A stretch of 64,000 bases of DNA from Rubripirellula sp. (lineage in GTDB: Bacteria > Planctomycetota > Planctomycetia > Pirellulales > Pirellulaceae): contig OZ244207.1 of assembly GCA_965216875.1 (NCBI GenBank), positions 6,752,001-6,816,000 on the forward strand, given 5' to 3'. Positions 40,281 to 49,425 of the stretch are shown in pieces (within the stretch, counting starts at the first letter, position 1; each line of letters starts with the position of its first letter). A program made the position numbers and the translations under genes. The notes under the pieces are model-generated. The model saw only the letters and a program-made list of their open reading frames with translations, did no database searches and was not told the origin of the DNA.

Positions 40281-40657
40281 GATTCCCCATAAATACGGGT
40301 TTGGGTTTGTTCAATTGGCCCAATATCGGGTCGCCAACCAGGTACTTGCTGACGATCGTACCCGATTGAGAGCCCGAGAAATTAGGCAGTTTGTGCCGTT
40401 GACGCTAGACGAGCCGTTTGCGGCGAGTGAAGTGGCCGAGGCACAGTGGCGGGTTATAGCGGTCAATCGCGTGGAAGTGAAACCGCTGATCACGGCGAGC
40501 TGGGCGATCCAGGGCAGAAAGGTTATCCGCGACCCGCTCGGGCTCCGAATGAAAGCGATAACACCAGTCCCTTAGACCGAGGGCGGCAATTCGTTTGTAG
40601 GTAGGCCCCTGAAAAAGGCCGCGCAGCAGAAAATCGGGTTCACGGAGGAACCGGACG

Positions 40658-41347
40658 ATGAAACTTCCAAATTTGCAACTAGGCCTCCGCTCGGCGGCGG
40701 CGCTGATGGCGATCGCCGGAACCTTGTCCGCCGCCAGCTTTAACGCCTACGCTCAAGGCGAATACATTGTCAGCTCACAGGTCGTTAGCGATGAAGTCGC
40801 TTCGCCAAGTGACAACGCCAGCGTCTATGTCGGCGACATGCCCAGTTGCGGCTGCGAAACGGCCGGATGCGATAACTGCGGCACCTGCAGTTCATGTGGT
40901 GAGTGCAGTAGCTGTGGCGACTGTGGTTCGTGTGGCGACCTTTGCGGAAACGGCTGCGGATCGTGTGGCGACGGGTGTGGTAGCTGCGGCTGCGGAAAAG
41001 CCTCTTTGCTTTCCGGTTTCAAGTGTGGCCCAAACTGCTGCAACGAATCGGATCGATGCTACGGCAAACCCGACTTGTTCTTCAACTACTACACGCAAGG
41101 CAACGCCAACCAAGCCAACGCGCAAATGTACTTGTCGCCGTTGCCAGTACCACCGAATGTCGGCCACACGTTCAACACGTACCAGCCGTTCTATCCTCAC
41201 GAGATGCTTTACTGGCACAAAGATCGCTTCCACAAGTACTACGACTGTGGCCGCGGCATGAATCGTACTCGGGCTATTTACTACAGCCCTCCGATTCGTC
41301 AAGCGATCAGCAACCTTTACTGGAATAAGCTGCGATTGCCTCGCTAA
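40658..41347 (+). CDS. secreted Cys-rich protein with Tyr/Pro/His-rich C-terminal domain
   Basis: GGAGG RBS; signal peptide ending AYA; CGSC/CGDC repeats; YLSPLPVPPNVGHTFNTYQPFYPH. Confidence 0.85.
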   Translation: MKLPNLQLGLRSAAALMAIAGTLSAASFNAYAQGEYIVSSQVVSDEVASPSDNASVYVGDMPSCGCETAGCDNCGTCSSCGECSSCGDCGSCGDLCGNGCGSCGDGCGSCGCGKASLLSGFKCGPNCCNESDRCYGKPDLFFNYYTQGNANQANAQMYLSPLPVPPNVGHTFNTYQPFYPHEMLYWHKDRFHKYYDCGRGMNRTRAIYYSPPIRQAISNLYWNKLRLPR

Positions 41348-41425
41348 GCCCTTCGGGACCAACCGAGCTTAGTTGAGACCGATGCTGTCCACCAACCTTC
41401 CGACTTCCCACCGGGGAAAAAGAAT

Positions 41426-41800
41426 ATGATCCGAAAAATCATCCTCGCAGCCAGCTTCTTTTCGGCCTTGGCCGTCATGGGTTCGCCGCAAGCATCAGCC
41501 GACCATCCGTCGCTGAGTGACATTTGGGCATACGACGTGGCACAGCATCGTCCGTGGCACGGGTCGTACTACCACCAACAATACGGCCAACCTCTTGCGT
41601 TGGTCGTGCCACCGACCGCACACATGCGACAAACCTTTTCGTGGGGTGTCAGCCAAAACCTGAACCACGCGATTCACCATCAGTTTGGTCGCAGTGCAAC
41701 GCAGCCGGGCGCAGCACGCCCCGGCAGCTTTTACGCAACACCCCCGTGGCCAAGTCACACCGATCAATTCGGTGTCTACTACGTCCGCGGCCCTTGGTAA
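41426..41800 (+). CDS. small secreted aromatic/His-rich protein
   Basis: signal peptide ending ASA; PWHGSYYH, LVVPPTAH, FGVYYVRGPW. Confidence 0.85.
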   Translation: MIRKIILAASFFSALAVMGSPQASADHPSLSDIWAYDVAQHRPWHGSYYHQQYGQPLALVVPPTAHMRQTFSWGVSQNLNHAIHHQFGRSATQPGAARPGSFYATPPWPSHTDQFGVYYVRGPW

Positions 41801-41830
41801 CGCGTACCACCTACAATCGATACAACTGTC

Positions 41831-41866
41831 AAACGGTTGGTGCAGCAAATGCACCAACCGTTTTTT
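41831..41866 (+). terminator. intrinsic terminator
   Basis: aaacggttggtgca-gcaaa-tgcaccaaccgtttttt, 30 bp after the stop codon. Confidence 0.85.
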
Positions 41867-41872
41867 CGTTTG

Positions 41873-42233
41873 TGAGCCGTACGCGCTAGCGTCGGGCCCT
41901 TTGAAAATCGAGCGCGTGCGATTATCAGAGAGCGGCAAGACGCTAGTGCTACAAGCTGCAATTGCGCTTCCACTAGGCTTCGAAACTGCGCATAGACACT
42001 CTCCCTTGGGAGAGTCGGGCTCTAAGGCCCGGAGAGGGTTTGTATATCGAGGGATGATTCCCTCCCCGGACTTTGCGTCCGACCCTCCCGCAAGCGGGAG
42101 GGTGATTGTTGGAACGCGAGTGAACCTGGACAAGCACTCTGCCTCACAGCACCGTAACTCCAATCCGCGACGCTGGCCGCTGGCTCTACTTCGCACCCAT
42201 GATGTAAGGCCCGACGCTGGCGCGCTCGGCTCA
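41873..42233. repeat. composite repeat: family E inverted arms enclosing family A copy 3 (41997-42138, minus orientation)
   Basis: tgagccgtacgcgctagcgtcgggccct at left and aaggcccgacgctggcgcgctcggctca at right. Confidence 0.8.
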
Positions 42234-42496
42234 GGAAGTGGGCCCTCCCCAAGAGATACGTACACCCCAGGAAAAGGCACGTTTTGGGCAAACTCTTTCG
42301 CTCAGACCGCCCCTGACGTTTTTGCGCTCTATGTTTGCGTGGGTCATCGCACCAGGACCGCGCCCAGGGTCGTTTTGATAACGGCCGCATAACTGGTACT
42401 GACGCTACGACCCAAACGAGCGCTTTCGCTGTGGTAGTCACAGCCGACCGAGGCGCACGGGATCTATCGGTTATAGCGACGAAGGAAACACCAGAC

Positions 42497-43816
42497 ATGC
42501 GATCCGCAAACCCCTCTGCACGCCCCGACGCGAATCGTCAACAGCAATTCGAAGACGTTAAACGCCGTATCCACAGTAAGTTGGTGGACAAGCTCGACTT
42601 GTCGCGCGTTGGCGATTTGAAGGGCGACACCCTCAAACGCGAAATTCGTATGGTCGTCGAGCATCTCTGTGATGCCGAGGACACGCTGCTGAACCGTCAA
42701 GAACGTGAACGGATCGTCGACGAAGTGATCGACGAGGTGCTCGGTCTTGGCCCGCTCGAATTGATTCTGAAAGACCCGAAGGTCAGCGATATTCTGATCA
42801 ACGGTCCGAAGAACATCTATGTCGAAAAAGGCGGCCAGATGCAGAAGTCGGAAGTGGAATTCCGCGACGGCAAGCATCTGCTGCAAATCATCGACCGTAT
42901 CGTCAGTAAGGTTGGTCGTCGTGTCGACGAAACGTCACCGATGGTCGACGCCCGTCTCGAGGATGGTTCGCGTGTGAACGCGATTATTCCACCTCTGGCA
43001 CTTGATGGTGCTGCGGTTTCGATTCGTCGATTCGGTAGCAACCCACTCAAGCTCGAAGACTTGCTCAACTACAAAGCGTTCACGCCTGAGATGGTGATGT
43101 TGCTTGAAGGTTGTATCAAGGCTCGCTTGAACATGATCATCGCCGGCGGTACCGGTTCCGGTAAGACAACCCTGTTGAACACACTGTCCAGCTTCATTGG
43201 TCACTCCGATCGTATTGTGACGATTGAGGACGCGGCCGAATTGCAATTGCAACAGGACCACATCGTCCGCTTGGAAACTCGCCCTGCCAACATCGAAGGC
43301 AACGGTGCGGTTTCGGCAACCGACCTTGTGAAGAACGCCCTGCGTATGCGTCCTGAACGAATCATCATTGGTGAGTGTCGTGGTGGTGAAACGCTCGACA
43401 TGTTGCAAGCCATGAACACCGGTCACGACGGATCGATGACCACGATTCACGCCAACACCCCTCGTGACGCAATCGCCCGTTTGGAAACGCTGGTGATGAT
43501 GGCTGGTTTCGAATTGCCCGTGAAAGCGATTCGCCAGCAAGTTTCGGGTGCGGTTGACGTGTTGATCCAAGCTAACCGTTTGCAAGGTGGTCCCCGTCGT
43601 GTGACGGCGATCACGGAGGTCGTCGGGATGGAACAAGACACGATCATCATGCAAGACATTTATCGGTACAAGCAAGCGGGCATCAACGAGGAAGGCAAAG
43701 CTTACGGACACTTTGAGTGCACCGGAGTCCGCCCAAGCTTTATGGAAAAACTGGAAGCCGCAGGTGTGCGATTGCCCGCCAGCGCCTTCCGCGAGCGAGT
43801 GATGATGCAGGCCTAA
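42497..43816 (+). CDS. cpaF: Tad/Flp pilus assembly ATPase CpaF/TadA
   Basis: [43 protein letters not shown]. Confidence 0.95.
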   Translation: MRSANPSARPDANRQQQFEDVKRRIHSKLVDKLDLSRVGDLKGDTLKREIRMVVEHLCDAEDTLLNRQERERIVDEVIDEVLGLGPLELILKDPKVSDILINGPKNIYVEKGGQMQKSEVEFRDGKHLLQIIDRIVSKVGRRVDETSPMVDARLEDGSRVNAIIPPLALDGAAVSIRRFGSNPLKLEDLLNYKAFTPEMVMLLEGCIKARLNMIIAGGTGSGKTTLLNTLSSFIGHSDRIVTIEDAAELQLQQDHIVRLETRPANIEGNGAVSATDLVKNALRMRPERIIIGECRGGETLDMLQAMNTGHDGSMTTIHANTPRDAIARLETLVMMAGFELPVKAIRQQVSGAVDVLIQANRLQGGPRRVTAITEVVGMEQDTIIMQDIYRYKQAGINEEGKAYGHFECTGVRPSFMEKLEAAGVRLPASAFRERVMMQA

Positions 43817-43889
43817 AGTCCGCGATCTTCACCCGCGAAACAAACCCCAAACCAACCACTCAACGAGTTCCTGACCTAGAAGTTCAGCC

Positions 43890-44864
43890 ATGAGCGGAAT
43901 CGTCATTATCATTGCTGTCGGCGTTTTTGTTGCGTCGATCATCGCATTCGCTGTCAACGTGTTGATTCCAGGCGAGGATTCCACCTCGACCGAAGATCGG
44001 CTTGCCGAGATGGCGTCGCGCCGTCGCGCTGGCGGCGGCGGTGATGAATCGGAATCCGGATCCCTGCTTCTGGCCGGTGGCCTGGACGACTCGGCAAATG
44101 CACTTGCGAAGTACTTGCAAGGCATGCCGGCGTTGACCGACTACCTCGAGCAAGCGGACGTGAAGATCCCGCCATCGCAATTCGCGTTCATTTGCTTGGC
44201 TTCCTTTGGTGGCGGCATCTTGGCCTGTGTGGTCACACCCGTGCCAATCCTGCTCGGCCCGATTTTGGGAGCCCTGTTCATGGGCGTTCCTATCGGTTGG
44301 GTGATGTTCAAGCGAAAGCGACGCCTGGCAAAGTTCGGTTTGCAAATGCCCGAAGCACTCGAGTTGCTCGGTCGTTCGCTGCGAGCCGGTCACTCGCTGA
44401 ATGCTGGTTTCGGTTTGGTCGCATCCGAAATGGATGCCCCGCTGGCAACCGAATTTGGACGGGCCTTTGAAGAACAAAACCTCGGTATCCCGCTTGATGA
44501 AGCGATCGAAGATATGGCTCAGCGGGTCCCCAACATGGACTTGCGATTCTTTGCCACCGCCGTTGTCTTGCAGCGACAAACTGGTGGTGACTTGGCTGAA
44601 ATCTTGGACAAGATCGGCCACCTGATTCGCGAACGCCTGATGATTCTCGGACAGATTCAAGCGTTGACCGGTGAAGGTCGAATGAGTGGTGCGGTGCTGT
44701 TGGCGATGCCACCCGTGCTGTTCCTGGTGATGCTCAAGCTGAACTACGAATACGTGATGATGCTGTTTACCGACGAGATCGGTCGTTACTTGCTTTGCGG
44801 TGCATTGGCAACGCAGTTGGCTGGTGCGATCGCGATTAAGAAGATCATTACGATCAAGGTTTAG
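43890..44864 (+). CDS. tadB: Tad pilus inner-membrane platform protein TadB (T2SSF family)
   Basis: QMPEALE..RSLRAGH, QTGGDLAEIL, ALTGEGRMS. Confidence 0.9.
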   Translation: MSGIVIIIAVGVFVASIIAFAVNVLIPGEDSTSTEDRLAEMASRRRAGGGGDESESGSLLLAGGLDDSANALAKYLQGMPALTDYLEQADVKIPPSQFAFICLASFGGGILACVVTPVPILLGPILGALFMGVPIGWVMFKRKRRLAKFGLQMPEALELLGRSLRAGHSLNAGFGLVASEMDAPLATEFGRAFEEQNLGIPLDEAIEDMAQRVPNMDLRFFATAVVLQRQTGGDLAEILDKIGHLIRERLMILGQIQALTGEGRMSGAVLLAMPPVLFLVMLKLNYEYVMMLFTDEIGRYLLCGALATQLAGAIAIKKIITIKV

Positions 44865-44945
44865 CGAAACACCTGTTTGTCCTTCCTCAACTAGACCAAC
44901 CAAACACTATCCCGCCTTGGGCGTACGTTAAGAAAGCTTTTGATC

Positions 44946-45929
44946 ATGACTACGTTGTTGATCTCCGCTATCGGATTGAATCCTGTCACCATCACTTCGG
45001 TGGCTATCTTTATCGCAGTGACCGCCGTCGCCTGGGTGGTGATTGGTCGTGTTAGCGGTGATGACAAGCCACGTGCCGAAGCGCGATTGGAAGCGCTCAA
45101 GAATCGACGCGCAGGACAGGCTGATGACACCTCCGAGACGGATCGTCAAAAGAAAAAGAACGATGCGTTGGCGGCGGTGCTTGAAAAAGCGACCTCGCCT
45201 CTCGGGGATAAGGTCGCCGGTAACGAAAAAGAGATGGGCAAGCTCCGCGAAAAGCTTGTCAACGCCGGGTTCCGCCGTGAATCAGCTCCCGTGGTCTTCA
45301 AGGGGATGCAGTTCATCATCGGTGGTGTCGGTCTGGTCGTCGGCGGTGGTATCGGGGTCTTCACCGACGGTTTCAGCTCAGGCATGCTGATGAAGCTCGC
45401 CGGTGGTGTGGTTATCGGTTACATGCTGCCAAGCCTGTTGCTCGGACAAATCGCCAAGCGACGGATGGAGAAGGTCTTTCTTGGTCTTCCCGACGCGCTC
45501 GACTTGATGGTCGTTTGTGTCGAAGCCGGTCTTGGTATGGACCAAGCGCTGCGTAAGGTGGCCGAAGAAATGAACAAGAGCCACAAAGAGATTGGCGAAG
45601 AGTTTAGCATTGCCAATCAGCAGCTGCAGTTCGGCCGAACGCGCGGCGAAGTGCTGCAAGCACTCGGATTCCGCAGTGGCGTGGATGACTTGAAGCAACT
45701 CGCTTCGATTCTGATTCAGGCCGATAAGTTCGGTTCGAGCGTTGCCACGGCACTCCGCGTGCAAAGTGACTCGATGCGTACCAAACGTCGTCAAATCGCC
45801 GAAGAAAAGGCTGCCAAGACGGCCGTGAAGATGATCTTCCCTCTCGTGTTGTTCATCTTCCCCGGTATCTTCGTTGTGCTCGTTGGTCCTGCGGGGATCA
45901 ACATGTACCGCAACATGCTTAGCAACTAA
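44946..45929 (+). CDS. tadC: Tad pilus protein TadC (T2SSF family)
   Basis: LPDALDLMVVCVEAG, AEEKAAK..VKMIFPL.LFIFP. Confidence 0.9.
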   Translation: MTTLLISAIGLNPVTITSVAIFIAVTAVAWVVIGRVSGDDKPRAEARLEALKNRRAGQADDTSETDRQKKKNDALAAVLEKATSPLGDKVAGNEKEMGKLREKLVNAGFRRESAPVVFKGMQFIIGGVGLVVGGGIGVFTDGFSSGMLMKLAGGVVIGYMLPSLLLGQIAKRRMEKVFLGLPDALDLMVVCVEAGLGMDQALRKVAEEMNKSHKEIGEEFSIANQQLQFGRTRGEVLQALGFRSGVDDLKQLASILIQADKFGSSVATALRVQSDSMRTKRRQIAEEKAAKTAVKMIFPLVLFIFPGIFVVLVGPAGINMYRNMLSN

Positions 45930-46007
45930 AGCACGTGAACCGCTGGTTGTGAGCCCTCGGGCCTGCGCCGCACGCGCACGTTGAGTGCGAGTTTCGTTTG
46001 CCGATTC

Positions 46008-46087
46008 GAGCTCACGTTGGCACGTGGCTTTGCTTTGGAGTTCACGTTGGCACGTGGCTTTGCTGTGGAGTTCACGTTGGCACGTGA
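46008..46087. repeat. 30-bp tandem repeat (about 2.6 copies) overlapping the USP stop codon
   Basis: gagttcacgttggcacgtggctttgct(t/g)tg; core hairpin cacgt-tggc-acgtg. Confidence 0.85.
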
Positions 46088-47013
46088 CCAGGAATCACGA
46101 GCACCGGATGGGGGCTGCGGCGGATTCGGTCTTGAACAAAACCTTGGCCGAACCGGTCGTCGACTTCAAGCGGCAGCACCAACAGCATCTTGGTTTGGTC
46201 GTCGAGTGGGTTGGGCGGTGCAACCTCACCGGCTTGTGGACGCAGATGATAGGTAAGGTTTTGGTCGGATGCGGTCTTGGCCATCGCTTGATGAATCGCC
46301 TGATGCGTTTTCGTCAACGCTTCGGTGAATTGCTGAGGATCGAGTGTCGTGCCAGGTTGCAACGCTTCGATGATCGATCGGATATTCTCGTATTGCTCTT
46401 TTTCAATGACCAAATTGAGCGTGATGGTCGCTGAATCGTTGGCAAGTCCAAAGACCCAACCAGCCGCGCGGCTTTCGACATCACATTCGCCACCCACGAT
46501 CATGGAAATCGACGCGGTGCATTGATCAAGAAGCTGGTCCTCGCGACGGATCACCAACATCGGTTTAGGACATCGCGAGAGCAGCACATCGATGACGGTG
46601 CCGGCGCTGTCGGCACCCACCTGTTCGAACGATCGCCCAAAGGGACAGGGGATGATCACCAGGTCCACATCATGGCCATCGAGTGCATGCAGGATCGCAT
46701 CGTAGGAGTCCCCTTCGCTCCTTTTGAGCGGCCGCGCCCCCGAGATCTGTTCAATGCGTGACTCGGCCAAGTCGGCTGTGTCATCTTCGATGTCGTCTCG
46801 GGCGTCGAGCACAAGCGTCTCGGTATCAAATCGCTCGCGGAGCGTCGCCGCTGCTGCGACGCCTGCGTCGTCTTGAGGCGATCCGTCAAGCACCAACAAC
46901 ACTCGGGATGGGCGAATGGCAAGGATCGACGCGGCGTTGCCAACCTTTGATCGTTCAAACAACCGCATCGACTCATCGACTTCGCGTCCGAGGTCAGAAT
47001 CGGAATCAGACAT
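46072..47013 (-). CDS. universal stress protein (tandem USP domains)
   Basis: RVLLVLDGS, DVDLVII, GTVIDVLLSRCPKPMLVI, RRSPHPVLVIP. Confidence 0.85.
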   Translation of the reverse strand: MSDSDSDLGREVDESMRLFERSKVGNAASILAIRPSRVLLVLDGSPQDDAGVAAAATLRERFDTETLVLDARDDIEDDTADLAESRIEQISGARPLKRSEGDSYDAILHALDGHDVDLVIIPCPFGRSFEQVGADSAGTVIDVLLSRCPKPMLVIRREDQLLDQCTASISMIVGGECDVESRAAGWVFGLANDSATITLNLVIEKEQYENIRSIIEALQPGTTLDPQQFTEALTKTHQAIHQAMAKTASDQNLTYHLRPQAGEVAPPNPLDDQTKMLLVLPLEVDDRFGQGFVQDRIRRSPHPVLVIPGHVPT

Positions 47014-48394
47014 GTTTGCTTAGCTCCGGTATCCAGTTCTGACTTTCCGCCAACATGATGTAAACGATGGCACCGATCACTTGGATCAACATGATCGTCC
47101 CGCCGAGTTTCAAGAACATGCCCCATCCGATGTGCTGGCCCGCTTCGCGTTTGAGTGCGTAGATGGCAATCACGCACGAGATCGATCCGATGGGCGTTCC
47201 ATTGCCGCCAAGATTGCAGCAGATGATCAGAGTCCACCAAAGCGGTTCTTCGGCGACGCCCGATGCACTGATGTCCCTTACAATCGGGATCAGCGTTGCA
47301 GCGACGGGAATATTGTCAACGATCGAACTGGCGATGGCCGCGAAAACACCAAGCAGCGGTACGAGCAATTCGAGACGGTTATCGGAAAGCTCAACGACCT
47401 GCTGGGCGACCAGGCTGAGTGCACCGGTCTGTTTGACACATCCGATGATAATGAACAGACCCATGAAGAACAGGATCACCGTCCAGTTCACTTTGTGAAT
47501 CGCGTCTTCGACACCCTTGCCCGCGAACAGGAGTGCGGCGGTCGCGCCGACCATCGCGACAAAGTCCATGCCAACGCCAAGTTGTTGGGCAAAGACGAAT
47601 CCGAGCACGGTAAGGACTAGGATCAACGCGCTGCGGACAAGGACCTTCTTTTCTTCGACCAATGCCCAGGGATCAAAGGTTTCGATTTGAGCTCGTAGTG
47701 CTTCTTGTTCCTCGGGGGTTTGTTTCCAAGGCAGATCATTGCGAAAGAAAATCCGCAGCATCACGATGGCAACGACCAGCGAGACGATTGCGTAAGGCAA
47801 CGAAACTTGCAGGAAGTGCATGTAGGGGATGTGCGCTGCAGTCCCAATCATGATGTTCGGCAGGCCGCTTGCGAACGTCGCGATCGCGCCGCTATTGGCA
47901 CAAATCGCCACACTCAGCAGTAGCGGAGCCGGCTTGTAGTTGAGCGCGCGACTGATCACCAACACCAACGAGCTGAGGATCAGCATGGCCGGCACAATGG
48001 TCAGCACGGCGACAAACACGAAGGTCACCAAGCAAAGCGTCAGGAACAGGCGTGACGCGCGACCTCCCGTGAAACGAACGATGTACATCCCCAGAAAGTG
48101 AAAGAGCCCACTCTTTCCGACCACATCGACGAGGATACCGGTGCCGATGATCACCCCAAAGATATTGAGGTCTTCTTCCAGGATGTCGTAGACCTTGGGA
48201 TACTCGAAGAGTCCAAGGGCGAGCGACAGGATGACCAGCACGACGGCACCGCATAGGGCCGCCACCGTTTTGTGGAATCGCTCGACAGCAACGCCAACAT
48301 ACGTCGCCATCATCACGGCGGCGAAAAGGAGCATCACGCCGGTCGAGGCAGGTTCGATCTTTTCCCCGACCGTTGAGGCGAGAAGTTGCATCAT
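47006..48394 (-). CDS. ArsB/NhaD/SLC13 (CitMHS) family permease
   Basis: multiple TM segments; ANSGA...PNIMIG, SSIVDNIP, NLGGNGTPIGS. Confidence 0.9.
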   Translation of the reverse strand: MMQLLASTVGEKIEPASTGVMLLFAAVMMATYVGVAVERFHKTVAALCGAVVLVILSLALGLFEYPKVYDILEEDLNIFGVIIGTGILVDVVGKSGLFHFLGMYIVRFTGGRASRLFLTLCLVTFVFVAVLTIVPAMLILSSLVLVISRALNYKPAPLLLSVAICANSGAIATFASGLPNIMIGTAAHIPYMHFLQVSLPYAIVSLVVAIVMLRIFFRNDLPWKQTPEEQEALRAQIETFDPWALVEEKKVLVRSALILVLTVLGFVFAQQLGVGMDFVAMVGATAALLFAGKGVEDAIHKVNWTVILFFMGLFIIIGCVKQTGALSLVAQQVVELSDNRLELLVPLLGVFAAIASSIVDNIPVAATLIPIVRDISASGVAEEPLWWTLIICCNLGGNGTPIGSISCVIAIYALKREAGQHIGWGMFLKLGGTIMLIQVIGAIVYIMLAESQNWIPELSKHV

Positions 48395-48524
48395 GCTAGG
48401 CATTCCCTCGTCATCACTGAATGGACCCACCGGAAAAGGTGTCAGGACGCTTTTTTGACTGGTTGGTAAAGAGTCATGACACCTTTTTCACTCGTAAGCG
48501 TAACCAAAGATAGAGGGTTCGCCG

Positions 48525-49316
48525 ATGCCGGAAGGCCACAAGACTCATTTCATCGCCCGCCAGCACCACCGACAGCTCGCTGGCGAGCAAGTGAAAGTCA
48601 CCAGCCCACAGGGCAGATTCCAGTCCGATGCGCGGCGCATCAATGGGCGAGAAATCGAGTCCGTCCAAGCGGTTGGCAAACACCTGTTCTATCAATTCGA
48701 TGAAAAACGAATTCTTCACATTCATCTCGGGCGCTATGGCAAATTCCGCGAACATGCCCTGCCCTCGCCCGATCCCGTTGGTCAGGTCCGCGTGCGACTG
48801 GTCAGTTCATCGTCGTGTATCGACTTAACCGGTCCGACGACGTGCCGAGTGATCGATGCCTGTCAGCGCGTCGAGGTTGAGCAGCGTTTGGGCCCCGACC
48901 CGCTTGCCGGTGGACGTCGCCAAGAGGTTTGGAAGAGGATCTCGTCGAGTTCAAAGCCGATCGCAGCGCTGCTGCTCGATCAAGCAGTCGTTGCGGGCGT
49001 GGGAAACATCTTTCGCGCAGAGGTGTTGTTCGAAGTTGGAATCGATCCCCTCACACCAGGTGATCAGCTTTCCGAGGAGTCGTTTGGACAGCTTTGGCGC
49101 TCCCTTACAAGGATGATGCGTACCGGGTTGAAGCTCGGGAAAATCGTGACCGTGACGGCGAAAGAGGCAGGCATGCCCCGAACGAAGATCGAAGGCAATG
49201 CCAGGTTCCGAGTCTATGGCCACCATGAATGCCCTTGGTGTGGTGGCGAAATCGAGGCTGTGGAGATCGCCGCCAGACGCCTTTATTTTTGCCGCGGTTG
49301 TCAAACCGCATCTTGA
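48525..49316 (+). CDS. nei: Fpg/Nei family DNA glycosylase (Nei-like)
   Basis: N-terminal PEGH, GKHL, HLGRYG, GVGNIFRAE, Zn finger CPWC..CRGC. Confidence 0.9.
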   Translation: MPEGHKTHFIARQHHRQLAGEQVKVTSPQGRFQSDARRINGREIESVQAVGKHLFYQFDEKRILHIHLGRYGKFREHALPSPDPVGQVRVRLVSSSSCIDLTGPTTCRVIDACQRVEVEQRLGPDPLAGGRRQEVWKRISSSSKPIAALLLDQAVVAGVGNIFRAEVLFEVGIDPLTPGDQLSEESFGQLWRSLTRMMRTGLKLGKIVTVTAKEAGMPRTKIEGNARFRVYGHHECPWCGGEIEAVEIAARRLYFCRGCQTAS

Positions 49317-49425
49317 CCTTCGATTGGAGGGTCATGGCCAATCTGCAGCGAAATCCCTTAAAACCTGCTTTCACAAACTAACTTGTCTGCACTCTTTGCA
49401 TTCCTGTGATCAGGTAGAAACCATC

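Noticed and set aside
40838..41060. Cys-rich segment as a RiPP precursor or metallothionein
   Set aside because: No radical SAM or other modifying enzyme is nearby, and the segment sits within a signal-peptide-bearing protein with a separate C-terminal domain
41495..42392. ORFs 41495-42280 (-) and 41685-42392 (+)
   Set aside because: They run through a terminator and REP elements; the shared peptides (e.g. PDFASDPPASGRV, also in ORFs at 11457 and 62629) are translations of the repeat
46018..46034. Sigma-54-like TGGCACG...TTGC inside the 30-bp repeat
   Set aside because: Spacing is 11 nt and the site lies between convergent gene ends
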